Counted from the stretch's first letter, positions 23,390 through 33,657 are shown. The stretch: DNA of 35,477 nt from Octopus bimaculoides (GCF_001194135.2 NC_068983.1:84134677-84170153), one strand, 5' to 3'. Made by a program: numbers and translations. Notes: generated by a model not told the origin, from the letters alone.

Positions 23390-24196
23390 TATATGTACCA
23401 AAGGCGACGCCAGGTTATCACCGTCACTCGGGCACATCACAGATTTTGCATAAGACACATGCCTGCTCGAAGAATTTCACGTTTTTCCGCAATATTTCTA
23501 GCCCCAAATGGCTTTTTTTTTACATCTAGCATTATGCCTTTTTCCATTTCTCGAAAGTTAAGGGTAAAAATAAAGCAACCCTGCAAAACAAAACTGTTAT
23601 TTACACACAGGCGCACAGAATAACAGCAATCAAATAACGACAGCGAAATGCACAACAAACATTAACGATCTGACTGTCGTCTGTACTCTTGACAAGAGAT
23701 GCCAGTTAGTCTTTTGCAACTGCCAGGCTCATTCGTATCAGTCCGAATTGCTGGATAATTTTTTGTTTCTTTAAGAATATTGTAGGACGAAAACTTTTCA
23801 TAGATTAGAATTTAAGTCCTAATCTCCATAGAAATTTATTGTTTCAAGAAAACATAGAATTTGAATTACTTATAATTTCTACGATTATAGATAACAACTC
23901 TGGCTGTAACTCCTGAGCCCGAGTCAGGCGCGTGTGAACGATGTCGGGAGAACGTCTGCTATAAATGATATTTTTTGACACAGGGCATCTCTAAGACGAA
24001 CGCCAGACGCTGAACGAAAATAAATGAACTGCGACTAGGCTCAATAAAAGGAGCCTGAGTTATTGGCTGCAATTATATACTGTCAGTGCATAAGTCAGTG
24101 TTGGCAGAAATAAAATCAGCTTGCAAATACATGTTAACTTTACTAAATTTATACTCGAGCTAAGCCCGAACAACCCAAGTGCCGGAGTCGCCACTG
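23390..24196 (-). mobile_element. Probable hAT transposon 5' end (terminal repeat, subterminal region, decayed BED-finger start)
   Basis: The minus strand begins CAGTGGCGACTCCGG at 24196, a hAT-like terminus. About 650 bp downstream is ATG (23547) MEKGIMLDVKKK.., then ..FFEQACVLCKICDVPE*R**PGVAFGTYT (CKIC at 23439-23450), reminiscent of BED fingers (CKxC...FGT). The rest is lost in gap 23004-23383. Confidence 0.5.
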
Positions 24197-24233
24197 ATAT
24201 ATGTATTTTTATTCTGTTTATTTCCTCGTGTTC

Positions 24234-24360
24234 CTTTCTGTTGAAGAGCGTAGGCTCGAAACATAAAAGACTTACTCACCTTCCCGAGCGTCAAACTAAT
24301 ACACCTGGTTGTTGTTTATACACCTGTCTTCGTCTTTTGCTTTTCTGTAAATTTCGACTA
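24234..24360 (+). ncRNA. Degenerate minimal hammerhead-ribozyme-like motif in a probable Penelope-like terminal repeat
   Basis: cttt, CTGTTGA (24238-24244), extra a, stem II gagc-gtag-gctc, GAAA, c-a-T-A, aaag. Stem I is cttt/aaag. Core deviation at A6 (T). Confidence 0.55.
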
Positions 24361-24799
24361 TATATATATATATNNNNNNNNNNNNNNNNNNNNNNNNNNN
24401 NNNNNNNNNNNNNNNNNNNNNNNNNNNNNNNNNNNNNNNNNNNNNNNNNNNNNNNNNNNNNNNNNNNNNNNNNNNNNNNNNNNNNNNNNNNNNNNNNNNN
24501 NNNNNNNNNNNNNNNNNNNNNNNNNNNNNNNNNNNNNNNNNNNNNNNNNNNNNNNNNNNNNNNNNNNNNNNNNNNNNNNNNNNNNNNNNNNNNNNNNNNN
24601 NNNNNNNNNNNNNNNNNNNNNNNNNNNNNNNNNNNNNNNNNNNNNNNNNNNNNNNNNNNNNNNNNNNNNNNNNNNNNNNNNNNNNNNNNNNNNNNNNNNN
24701 NNNNNNNNNNNNNNNNNNNNNNNNNNNNNNNNNNNNNNNNNNNNNNNNNNNNNNNNNNNNNTGGTATATATATATATATATATATATATATAACTTAAC

Positions 24800-25745
24800 T
24801 AGCTTATGTTTCGGCCAGTATAGGCCCAGGTCATGCCTAATAGCACCACCTGGTGAAGTCTTTTAGATCGTGATTTGCACCTCAGTCATATATGGGACAC
24901 CATGGCCCACTCTAGCAAAGAGTTATTATTGTTGGAGACATTTCCAGGTGTAGAAGGTTGGTCCGGAATTTTTTGAAGAAATTTGTCCAGAGAACTTTTG
25001 AATTTTATGGGACCTGTTTCCGTTTTGATGTATTTTGGTATAATATTAAAGAGAGCTGGACTGGTTGAGGTAAAGTAGTTCTGTCGTAATGTTGTTAAGT
25101 GTCTTGAGCTCTATTTTTGTAATGGACGGATAGCACGGGGGCCAAGTCTTGGGTGGATTTTAAAATAGATACCAACATCATTTGTGCAATATTGCTGGAA
25201 TATTTTCCACATCACACAAAGGATGTAGCGCTCACATCGGCGTTGGAGAGAGTAGAGATTGAGTTTTTTTAGTTGACTCCCAGTAGTCAATGCTTGTCTA
25301 TCTTTCTTGTTATTGACCTCTGGAGTCCTTCCACTTCCATAATGCTTTGCTTCATGTGGGAAGACCACAGTGAGTAACAGCATTCAAGGTGGGGTCGGGA
25401 AAAAGTAGAGTAGAGAAGGACGATGGTGTGAGCATCTCTAGACCAGAAAGTTCTCAGAATCCAGAAGCACATCTTGTGGGCCAAATCAACCTTGCTGTTT
25501 ACGTGGGAACTCTAGCTTAGATAATTATCAACAATTACTCCAAGGTCTCTGGTGTTATTCGATGACACTAGGAAGTCGCCCGAGGAAACGGCATATGGTA
25601 GTTTCAGAGTATCCTCTTTTCTAAAGTGGATCAAATTAAACTTATCTTCATTTCGAAGAATATTGTTCTTTTCCGCTCATTGGACAACAGCAAACGGACC
25701 CGACTGAAGGTATGTTCGGTCTCCAATGCCGTTTATGGACTTCTG
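24800..25745 (-). mobile_element. CR1-group LINE, 5'-truncated 3' end of the RT ORF
   Basis: NEDKFNLIHFRK..TRDLGVIVDN..AHKMCFWILRTFWSRDAHTIVLLYSTFSRPHLECCYSLWS..VEGLQRSIT..LKKLNLYSLQRRCERYILCVMWKI..LFNIIPKYIK..FKSSLDKFLQKIPDQP, a typical CR1/L2-group C-terminus. Confidence 0.88.
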
Positions 25746-25879
25746 GAGACATATACATATATGTGTGCGTATGTGTGTGCACATATGTGTGCGTATATGT
25801 GCATTAAGTTATACAGGAATAATATCAAATGAAAGGACTGTATCACTAACCTTTCACAAGATTAGTGATGCAGTCCTTG

Positions 25880-26268
25880 AGAATGTCCACTGCAACAGAA
25901 TTGAAGCCCTCACCTTTTCATTAAGTTTAGACTCTCATCGACAGATCATGAATGTTGCTGGTGGACAACCATGTTTTTCCACCAAATCCTTCACAGTAAA
26001 CTCAACAACAGCAGAAAACCCCGTCGTATCGTCTTCGATTGTACAAAGATCAAATCAAACAAACAATGAAGATCAACATCAACCTGAAAGATCCTGATGA
26101 GCAGAAACACACAAACTCTGGCATGGAACAATTACTGCAGAGCTGTTAATACAAGAACACCGTTGGATTGAAGAGGACAAATGACAAAGACGAAAAATTC
26201 GTCGATCCCGATCACGTCTACTGTTCTCTAAAAAGTGAAAGTTGAGCAGATGCATCTTTTATGCAAAA
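25880..26268 (+). mobile_element. RTE (BovB-like) LINE 3' end; decayed
   Basis: Frameshifted ..QILHSKLNNSRKPRR..TLAWNNYCRAVN.. resembles RLPKxLLYGEL..GKRPRG..TLAxxRxxWR. Confidence 0.6.
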
Positions 26269-26440
26269 CAGGGCCGGTCTTAACAGCATCATAAACCCTA
26301 CCCTGGGTAAAATAATATAGTGGGACCCTTCAAGCACAATCTACATATATATCACAGTATACAAACATTAGTATTGGACTCCCAGACCCGTGAGAGTCAC
26401 AAGCAACTCTCCAGTATATTGATGCATGGATTGGTTTTCT
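26269..26440 (+). mobile_element. hAT-type MITE, diverged copy
   Basis: Starts cagggccggtcttaacagcat..ccctgggtaaa..gtgggaccct; later attggactcc..gtgagagtc..ccagt. Collinear with the reverse complement of 26547-26714. Confidence 0.6.
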
Positions 26441-26546
26441 CAGCCATTAGAAGTAGCACTAACAAATGAGAATGGGTGTGTTTATGAATATTAATATACA
26501 TGTGTTTGCGTGTATATATATACATGTGTGCAAACACACGTACACA

Positions 26547-26714
26547 CAGCGCCGTCTTTTGTCATAGGAACACTGGGCAGCTTCCAGGGGTCTCACAAAT
26601 CCAGAGGCCCAATTTTGAACTGTATATGCAGTGGTTTGTTGTAAATAACTAAATACTTTAGGGTCCAGTGCATTGATTTGCCCAGGGGCATGTAATGTTG
26701 CTAAGACGGCCTTG
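26547..26714 (-). mobile_element. hAT-type MITE (168 bp) with imperfect terminal inverted repeats
   Basis: Left end cagcgccgtctt, right end aagacggccttg (consensus-like CAGGGCCGTCTT). Inserted in a CA-rich tract; no clean 8-bp target-site duplication is visible. Confidence 0.75.
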
Positions 26715-26821
26715 CACAGACACACACACACATAAATATACGTATATGCATGCACATACACACATATGCATGTATATGTAGTATGTATATGTTTGTATAT
26801 GTATAGAGTTCTATGTGCATA

Positions 26822-26892
26822 CATGCATGCATACATACATACATACATACATACATACATACATACATACATACATACATACATACATACAT
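26822..26892. repeat. (CATA)n microsatellite
   Basis: Direct reading of the sequence. Confidence 0.95.
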
Positions 26893-27089
26893 TCATGATG
26901 TCTGTCCAAAACGAAACTGAAATTTTAAACAAATGTACCTAGTCGCCGCCGCAATAAAAATGCGGTTACAATGCTACATGTGGAGGGGGTGACCTTGACC
27001 TTCAATCTAATTAGAGCTACATCATTCAATGTTAGTTAGTCATCGTTCTATATGTATTATAATGAATGTATGTTTAGTGAACTTGGTGA

Positions 27090-27410
27090 TTACGGACGTT
27101 GAACAACGAAAGACTTGAAATATGTTTTTATGAAATTCTGTTTCGAAATGCAACACGCTTTTAGTGAAGACTGTTTGAGATGTATGTAATGTTACAGGTG
27201 ATACCAGTGTTTCTAAATCGGAAATGTCACCCACTGAAGATGATTCAAAATCTGGAAAACCTACCACGATAACGAACGACGATCTCAGTGCAGAAATGTT
27301 TGCCATGATCTTTAAAATTCGTCGCCTGACTGTCCATAAGGTTTCTGCAAAAGTAAGCATCTGTAAAGGTTTTGCCACTTAATTATAAAGGAAAATTTAA
27401 GGTGCAACAA
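27090..27410 (+). mobile_element. mariner transposase N-terminal (HTH) fragment with deletions
   Basis: DVEQR..KFCF..EMQHAFSEDCL..MSPTEDDSKSGKPTTITNDD..IRRLTVHKVSAKVSICKGFCHLIIKENL matches the mariner pattern EQR..IKFCF..EML..AFG..L..S.EDD.RSGRP.T..RRLTV. Confidence 0.85.
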
Positions 27411-27734
27411 CAATGGATGGAGCTTATCTTTAAAGAAATCCGTCTTGTTAAGACTACAAATAAAGCAATTAATTGTTTTGTTGTCTTTTTATAAGTTTTA
27501 TTTCATTTTAACAGGCCTCGTGTGTGTGTATTTGTGCGTGCGTGTATGCATCTGTGTGTATTGATGGTTATTCCTTTATACATAAATGAAAGATCAAGTC
27601 ACATTGACCTTTGGTGTGGCCTTGTGGAACAACCTTAAAGTTCAAGGGGCACATTACAGAAGTAGCTTACCATTACTTTGCTCTGAATTTTAATCCATCC
27701 AACAGGATTAATTGAATTCAGTCCATTCAAGTCG

Positions 27735-27890
27735 GAGGTCCCACACAGTTTCCATCAAGCAAATTCTACTCACAAGATATTGGTCAGCCCTGAAGCTATA
27801 GAAAAAATCATCTACTCAGGGTGCACACAGTAATATCAAACCCTGAAACCTGTTGTTGTGAAGCAAACTTCTTACCAACACAGCCATGTA
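27735..27890 (-). mobile_element. SINE family A/B, 5' half; old copy
   Basis: tttccatc..aaattctactcacaag..ttggtcagccctgaagctatag..aagcaaacttcttaccaacacagccatg. Confidence 0.7.
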
Positions 27891-27999
27891 GATTATCAAA
27901 TCATTACAACTAGTCGGTGTCTTACAACTGTGGCAGTTGCAACCAAGAGTTAGTACACCACTTTACTTTTCAGGGGAAAGGATAATTTTCCACCACATA

Positions 28000-28540
28000 T
28001 TTTCTACGCAAAAGACAGAAAGTGTCACTTGATAACAAATGTAGTTTATGCAAAACCAAAGACATTAACTACATTGTTACTGGCTGTAAAAGAATGTCCT
28101 CTAGATATCATCTTCCATACAACATGATGTGGTTAGATGAATATATCAAGACCACCGGATCAAAGGAACTCCAACCACGTTTCGTGGTTCGCTACCTCAA
28201 CAACTCCTTTATAGGATCCGAATATTGTTGGGCTCTTAGAATAAAAATAGCAACCAAATTAAACCATGACCAAACTGATATTGGTATTTGGGACCATAAA
28301 ATGAAAGCATGCTCTGGTGTAGAAGTCAGCTGGCCACATGAGTAATAGGAATATTACAATGGTCTAATACAGTAGATCACAGAAGAGGAATCTGCAAATC
28401 TAGGACACAAAATATACTATCAGTTTTACATTCATTATTATTAGAGCAACAGGACATGTATCAAACTGTCTTGATCAAATTATAGCAGAACTACAGATGA
28501 TTACCCTCTCTGATACAATGAGAAACTGCAAGGCCTTCTT
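28000..28540 (+). mobile_element. RLE non-LTR retrotransposon (R4-like, divergent lineage), CCHC and endonuclease fragment
   Basis: DNKCSLCKTKDINYIVTGCKRMSSRYHLP..; EYCWALRIKIATKLNHDQTDIGIWDHKMKACSGVEVSWP (PD..E motif decayed); ..FIIIRATGHVSNCL (equivalent to PIIIGALG). Confidence 0.72.
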
Positions 28541-30178
28541 GAAATTTAAAGGGCAATTGTTGTGTAAATGGTTTTTTATATATAGTATTTCTTTACCATC
28601 TTGCCACTGAGTGGGTGACTAATCATAATAAGCTCTAAAACAACAATCAGGAAGAGAAAATATACAAGCATAGATTTACACTTTCATATAAATAAATATA
28701 TAGATAAATAAAATTTAATATTATTTTGTTAAAATTGAAATATTCCATTGAAAGTTAAAACAAATATTCCAATATAGATTTAGCTTTCAAAAGATGAATT
28801 TAACTTTTAAAGGCAAATTTACAAATCTTAAACCTTTACAGCAATTGTCATTTCCTGAAATTGTAGGCTTTCGCATATATTTATTATTATGAAATTGTTA
28901 TTATATTCTGCATTAGGATTTAAAAACAAAATCTATCAATTTTGAATTCTGAAATAGATGAATGCAACTCCATAATTTATATTCCCTGAGAGTTTTCATT
29001 ACATGATCTACCTACAAATGTGTATCTATCTATATCACTCTACACTCAATCTCTGCTTCTCTTACACATAAAAATGCATTTTCTCTCCTTCTCCATCAAT
29101 CTCTTTTGCACTCTCTCCAAATGTGTGTACATAGAAAGTGCATGTGTGTGCATATGCATGTATCAAACAATCTATTTTTCATTCGTGTACACATACACAA
29201 ACATAAAATAATAAACTCAATTTACATATATTTATATGTTAGCATGTGTGTACATGATATGTTAATACATTATATTAACATTATTATACATGTGTATATC
29301 ATATTATTATACATTTGTATATTATATATACAGGTACATATATAAATACAGAGATATATTTGCATGCACATGCATTTATATATATGCATATTCATGTAAT
29401 AAATATGCATATATATAAATATGCAATTTTTATATTTCTCTCAACTCACTCCTCTCTCTCTCTCTTTTTCTCTCTCTCTCTTTTTCTCTCTCTCTCTTTT
29501 TCTCTCTCTCTCTCTCTCTCTCTGAATCTTTGGTTTATATATATATATATATATATATNNNNNNNNNNNNNNNNNNNNNNNNNNNNNNNNNNNNNNNNNN
29601 NNNNNNNNNNNNNNNNNNNNNNNNNNNNNNNNNNNNNNNNNNNNNNNNNNNNNNNNNNNNNNNNNNNNNNNNNNNNNNNNNNNNNNNNNNNNNNNNNNNN
29701 NNNNNNNNNNNNNNNNNNNNNNNNNNNNNNNNNNNNNNNNNNNNNNNNNNNNNNNNNNNNNNNNNNNNNNNNNNNNNNNNNNNNNNNNNNNNNNNNNNNN
29801 NNNNNNNNNNNNNNNNNNNNNNNNNNNNNNNNNNNNNNNNNNNNNNNNNNNNNNNNNNNNNNNNNNNNNNNNNNNNNNNNNNNNNNNNNNNNNNNNNNNN
29901 NNNNNNNNNNNNNNNNNNNNNNNNNNNNNNNNNNNNNNNNNNNNNNNNNNNNNNNNNNNNNNNNNNNNNNNNNNNNNNNNNNNNNNNNNNNNNNNNNNNN
30001 NNNNNNNNNNNNNNNNNNNNNNNNNNNNNNNNNNNNNNNNNNNNNNNNNNNNNNNNNNNNNNNNNNNNNNNNNNNNNNNNNNNNNNNNNNNNNNNNNNNN
30101 NNNNNNNNNNNNNNNNNNNNNNNNNNNNNNNNNNNNNNNNNNNNNNNNNNNNNNNNNNNNNNNNNNNNNNNNNNNNNN

Positions 30179-30845
30179 TTTTTGGACCAAATAGCAAATT
30201 GATGATGAGAAACGGGTTCTCTATAAAAATATCAAGCACCGAAGACAGTCGGTAGGGAAAGAAGAAACACTGGCACCCCAGACTAAAGAAGGCCTTCACC
30301 CATGTAAGGTGTTATCTGTTTGATGGGATATGAATGTTTTAGTCCACTTTGAAATTTTAAACCCAAACCAAACGATAAAAAAGGAGATCTACTGGGAGCA
30401 GCTTGAGTGGTTTCAATCAGTGCTAGAAGAAAAACAACCATTTTTGGTTTCAAGTCGAAAGGTGTTCTTCCATCAGGATAATGTGCAACCACATACATCG
30501 AGGATGACATTCCAAAGGCTGGAGCAGTTTGAATGGGAAACGATGCCCCACCCACCGTACATATATATATTCGCCCCATCTGATTATCATTTATTCTGCA
30601 GTCTTCAAAATCATTTAGATGGAAAAAACTATGAATTCTGTAGACGAGGTCAGAGCAGTACTGGAGGAGTATTTTTCGTCATGGACAAGTGGATTTTGGA
30701 AGAAGGACCTTGCAAGTCTACCAGATAGATGGAAGATCATTGTAGAAAATGAAGGAGAGTATATGTTAGATTTTAAAAAATTTTATCTTAATTTTGAAAA
30801 ATAAAAAAGTATAAAAAAACACATTATTTATGGGATGACCCAATA
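30179..30845 (+). mobile_element. mariner (DD34D) transposon, 3' half with right terminal repeat
   Basis: DEKRVLY..WDMNVLVHFEILNPNQTI..FFHQDNVQPHTSRMTFQRLEQFEWETMPHPPYIYIFAPSDYHLF..; 34 residues between QD and PSD; ..LPDRWKIIVENEGEY. Ends cattatttatgggatgacccaa|TA (TA at 30844-30845). The 5' part is in gap 29559-30178. Confidence 0.93.
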
Positions 30846-30950
30846 TATACATATATGTATATGTATGTATGTAAACATACACACACATACTTACATACAT
30901 ACACACATATATACATATATATGTGTGTGTGTATGTGTATGTATGCATAT

Positions 30951-32130
30951 ATTATTATTATATAACTGTTCAATATTTGGTAGATTGAGGCAAATTTCTA
31001 CTGCATCACCTACTACACCTCTGTGTTGCTGGGGTGTGTGCAACATTGTGTGTTCTTTTCTGCTGTTAGGAGTGTGCGAACTCTTCCCGGTACTGTATTA
31101 TGTTAGTTTTTTTTTTCTTGAGGTGTGGTGTTGTCTTTTGTATGCTTGTTTTGTGTGTTGAGTGTGTAATGTTTTGGTTTTCTAGCTTGCTGGTGGGAGT
31201 TTATTTCACTGGTTAGGTGCTGTATAGAATGTGTCTTGTATTTGCGGGTTGTTTTGTTTAGGTCGTATTGTTGGATTAATAATGTCTTGTGTAGGATGAA
31301 GGCGGTTCCAAGCAGGGCTATTTTTTGGACAGTGTGTAGTATTGAGGATCCAGGTATAGCTTCTACATTTTTGTTCATATGATTTTTTATCATACCCAAT
31401 GCTCCAATTATTATTGCTATTGTTTTTACCTTCATGCCCCACATGTTGAATATTTCAAGTTCGAGGTCTTTGTACTTCAACAATTTCTCCACTTCTTTTT
31501 GAAAATATTTTAATCAGAACGAACTGCAATGTTTATCAGTAAGCAGGTGTTTTTCCCCAATCCTTGACTACTATGTTTGGGTGACTAGCTTTTATTTCTT
31601 TGTCGGTTTCAACCGGCATATCCCAGGTAATTGTGGCCTGATCGTTGTCTTGTACGTTGCTTGGCTCATGCTTATAGCACCTGCTGTCAGTTTTGATGTT
31701 GTAACATTGGCATATTGTCCAGTGGATATAACTGCTTACTTTGTTATGTCTATACATATTCAGACTTGGCAAGGAGTGGGCAGCCCATGATGATGTAGTC
31801 AGCTATCTCATTGTTGTGGTTGCACATTCTGCATTTGGTGTTGAGGCCTGTTTTCATTATTTTGTTTTTGCTTTTATAACTATTTGTAGTCAGGCATTGA
31901 TCTTGTGCAGCAAGAATCAGTCCTTCCATTTCGGCTTTTAGTCTGGAGCTTTTGAGCCATTGTTAACTTTTACTTAGGCTCACTTCCTCTCTGTCAAGCC
32001 TTGCCGAGTACTGACCATGAAGTCATTTTTCTCTCCGTTTCTTCTTCAGTATCTTTTGTAATTCAGTTTCATGTTGTTTTTTGTCTCTCTGACCATGTCT
32101 GCTATGTTGTCATCTATGTTGTCATAGTTA
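30951..32130 (-). mobile_element. R4/Dong-clade RLE LINE, 5'-truncated copy with 3' UTR and short (TAA)n tail
   Basis: KAEMEGLILAAQDQCLTT..KCRMCNH..CPLLAK..RHNKVSSYIHWTICQ..ITWDMPVETDKEIKASHPNIVVKD..EKLLKYKDLELEIFNMWGMKVKTIAIIIGALGMI..IALLGTAFILHKTL; about 300 nt AC-rich UTR, then ataataat. Confidence 0.92.
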
Positions 32131-32484
32131 CTTGGAGTGGATGGATCGATCGACGAATGAATAGATAGACAGATAGACAGATAGTTTGTTAGCTGTGTAT
32201 GTGTGTTTATTGAAATATTTGCATGGATGGTCATAAATGCATATGTTTTTATTGTGAAAGCATGTTTTTGTGTGTTTTTTGTGTGCACAAATTTACATAT
32301 ACATATACACATGCAAAAACACACACACACACAGACATATGCATAAATTTACACAAAAAATTTAGGTTTATATGCAAACAAATATCTATAGTTGAACACA
32401 TTTTGTGTGCGTGTCTGTGTGTGTGTGTGTGTGTGTGAATATAATCAACCCAAATACTTATATTCTTTTCTTTTCTTATTTTAT

Positions 32485-32805
32485 GTTTCTTTGGCCAAAC
32501 TACTAAATTACAGGGATGTAAACACACAAGCACTGGTTGTCAAGCAATGGTGGAGGAGAAACACATACACAGAGACACGTACATATATACACAAACACAT
32601 ACACACACACACTCAAATGTGTGTATGTGTGTGTACATACATACAATGGGCAACATTCAGTTTCCATCTAACAAATCCCCTCACAAGGCTTTGCTTGGCC
32701 CGAGGTTATAATAGAAAACACTTGCCCAGGGTGCCATGCAGTGGGACTGAACCCAGGACCATGTGGTTAGGAAGGTAACTTCTTGCCTCACAGCTAGCTA
32801 TGCCT
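32485..32805 (-). mobile_element. SINE family A/B, 3'-truncated copy
   Basis: B part (gatgtaaacacacaagcactggttgtcaagc), CA linker, A part (cacttgcccagggtgccatgcagtgggactgaacccaggaccatgtggttagg). Confidence 0.85.
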
Positions 32806-32889
32806 GTGCCCTTTATTCTGTAGTAAACTTGTATAACTATGTGTTCTTCTGAGTCTCTGTCCCTCTTCCTGTGACATCTCTTCTGTAAC

Positions 32890-32898
32890 TATACATAT

Positions 32899-32985
<87 letters not shown>
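32890..32985. repeat. (TA)n microsatellite
   Basis: Direct reading of the sequence. Confidence 0.95.
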
Positions 32986-32987
<2 letters not shown>

Positions 32988-33307
32988 CACCAATGTTTTC
33001 AATATTCCTGAATTTACTATCGAAAATTCAATGTTAGTTCAGTAAATATGTATATAATGTGCATTTCTATATGTAACTCTCTATATATATTACATTTGTG
33101 TGTGTGTGTGTGTGTCTGTCCACCAAAGTTAATTTACTGTAAATTACCATATGTATTTTTTTCACATATGAATACTCACATATAATACACATATACTCAC
33201 ATATACTCACATATAATACACACATTTACATTAATTATTTAAACTATGTACACTTGTATTTATATTTATCTATCATTTTTATAATTATACACATACATGT
33301 AAATATT

Positions 33308-33355
<48 letters not shown>

Positions 33356-33490
33356 TTACATATTTAAAAGTATATTTGTGAGTTTGTATGCTTNNNNNNN
33401 NNNTGTGTGTGAGTGTGTGTGTTATATTTTTCATAATTTATGTCTTTTTCTGTTTTTTTTTTGCTATTTGTTTTTGTTTTCTTTTCCCAG

Positions 33491-33657
33491 TTCCATTACC
33501 ATATGTAGAACTAAACCGAATTCTTCTTACTGTAATTGTCTGTATGTCTGAGTGTTAGGATGATGGCAGGCCAGCCAGCGCAGTTCCATGGATTGTCAGA
33601 TTTTGCGGATGCAAAATAAAATTTGTATTAAAAATCAATGAAATTTCTTCAATATAG
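33491..33657 (+). other. Candidate exon in unique sequence (coding status unknown)
   Basis: A long T-rich tract ends in cttttcccag (33490). Possible donors are act|gtaatt (33531), tct|gtatgt (33541) and tag|gtaaaa (33657). Confidence 0.3.

Noticed and set aside
26093-26112. ctgatgagcagaaac, a hammerhead-like core
   Set aside because: Only 3 nt separate CUGAUGA and GAAA, so no stem II can form; it lies in RTE coding remnant and is probably chance.
30330-30728. 132-aa ORF as a domesticated or active transposase
   Set aside because: It has frameshifts on both sides, lacks the YSPD motif and retains its terminal repeat; it is a decayed mariner.
33165-33230. Short direct repeats (atactcacat / ataatacac)
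   Set aside because: Degenerate CA/TA microsatellite derivative.
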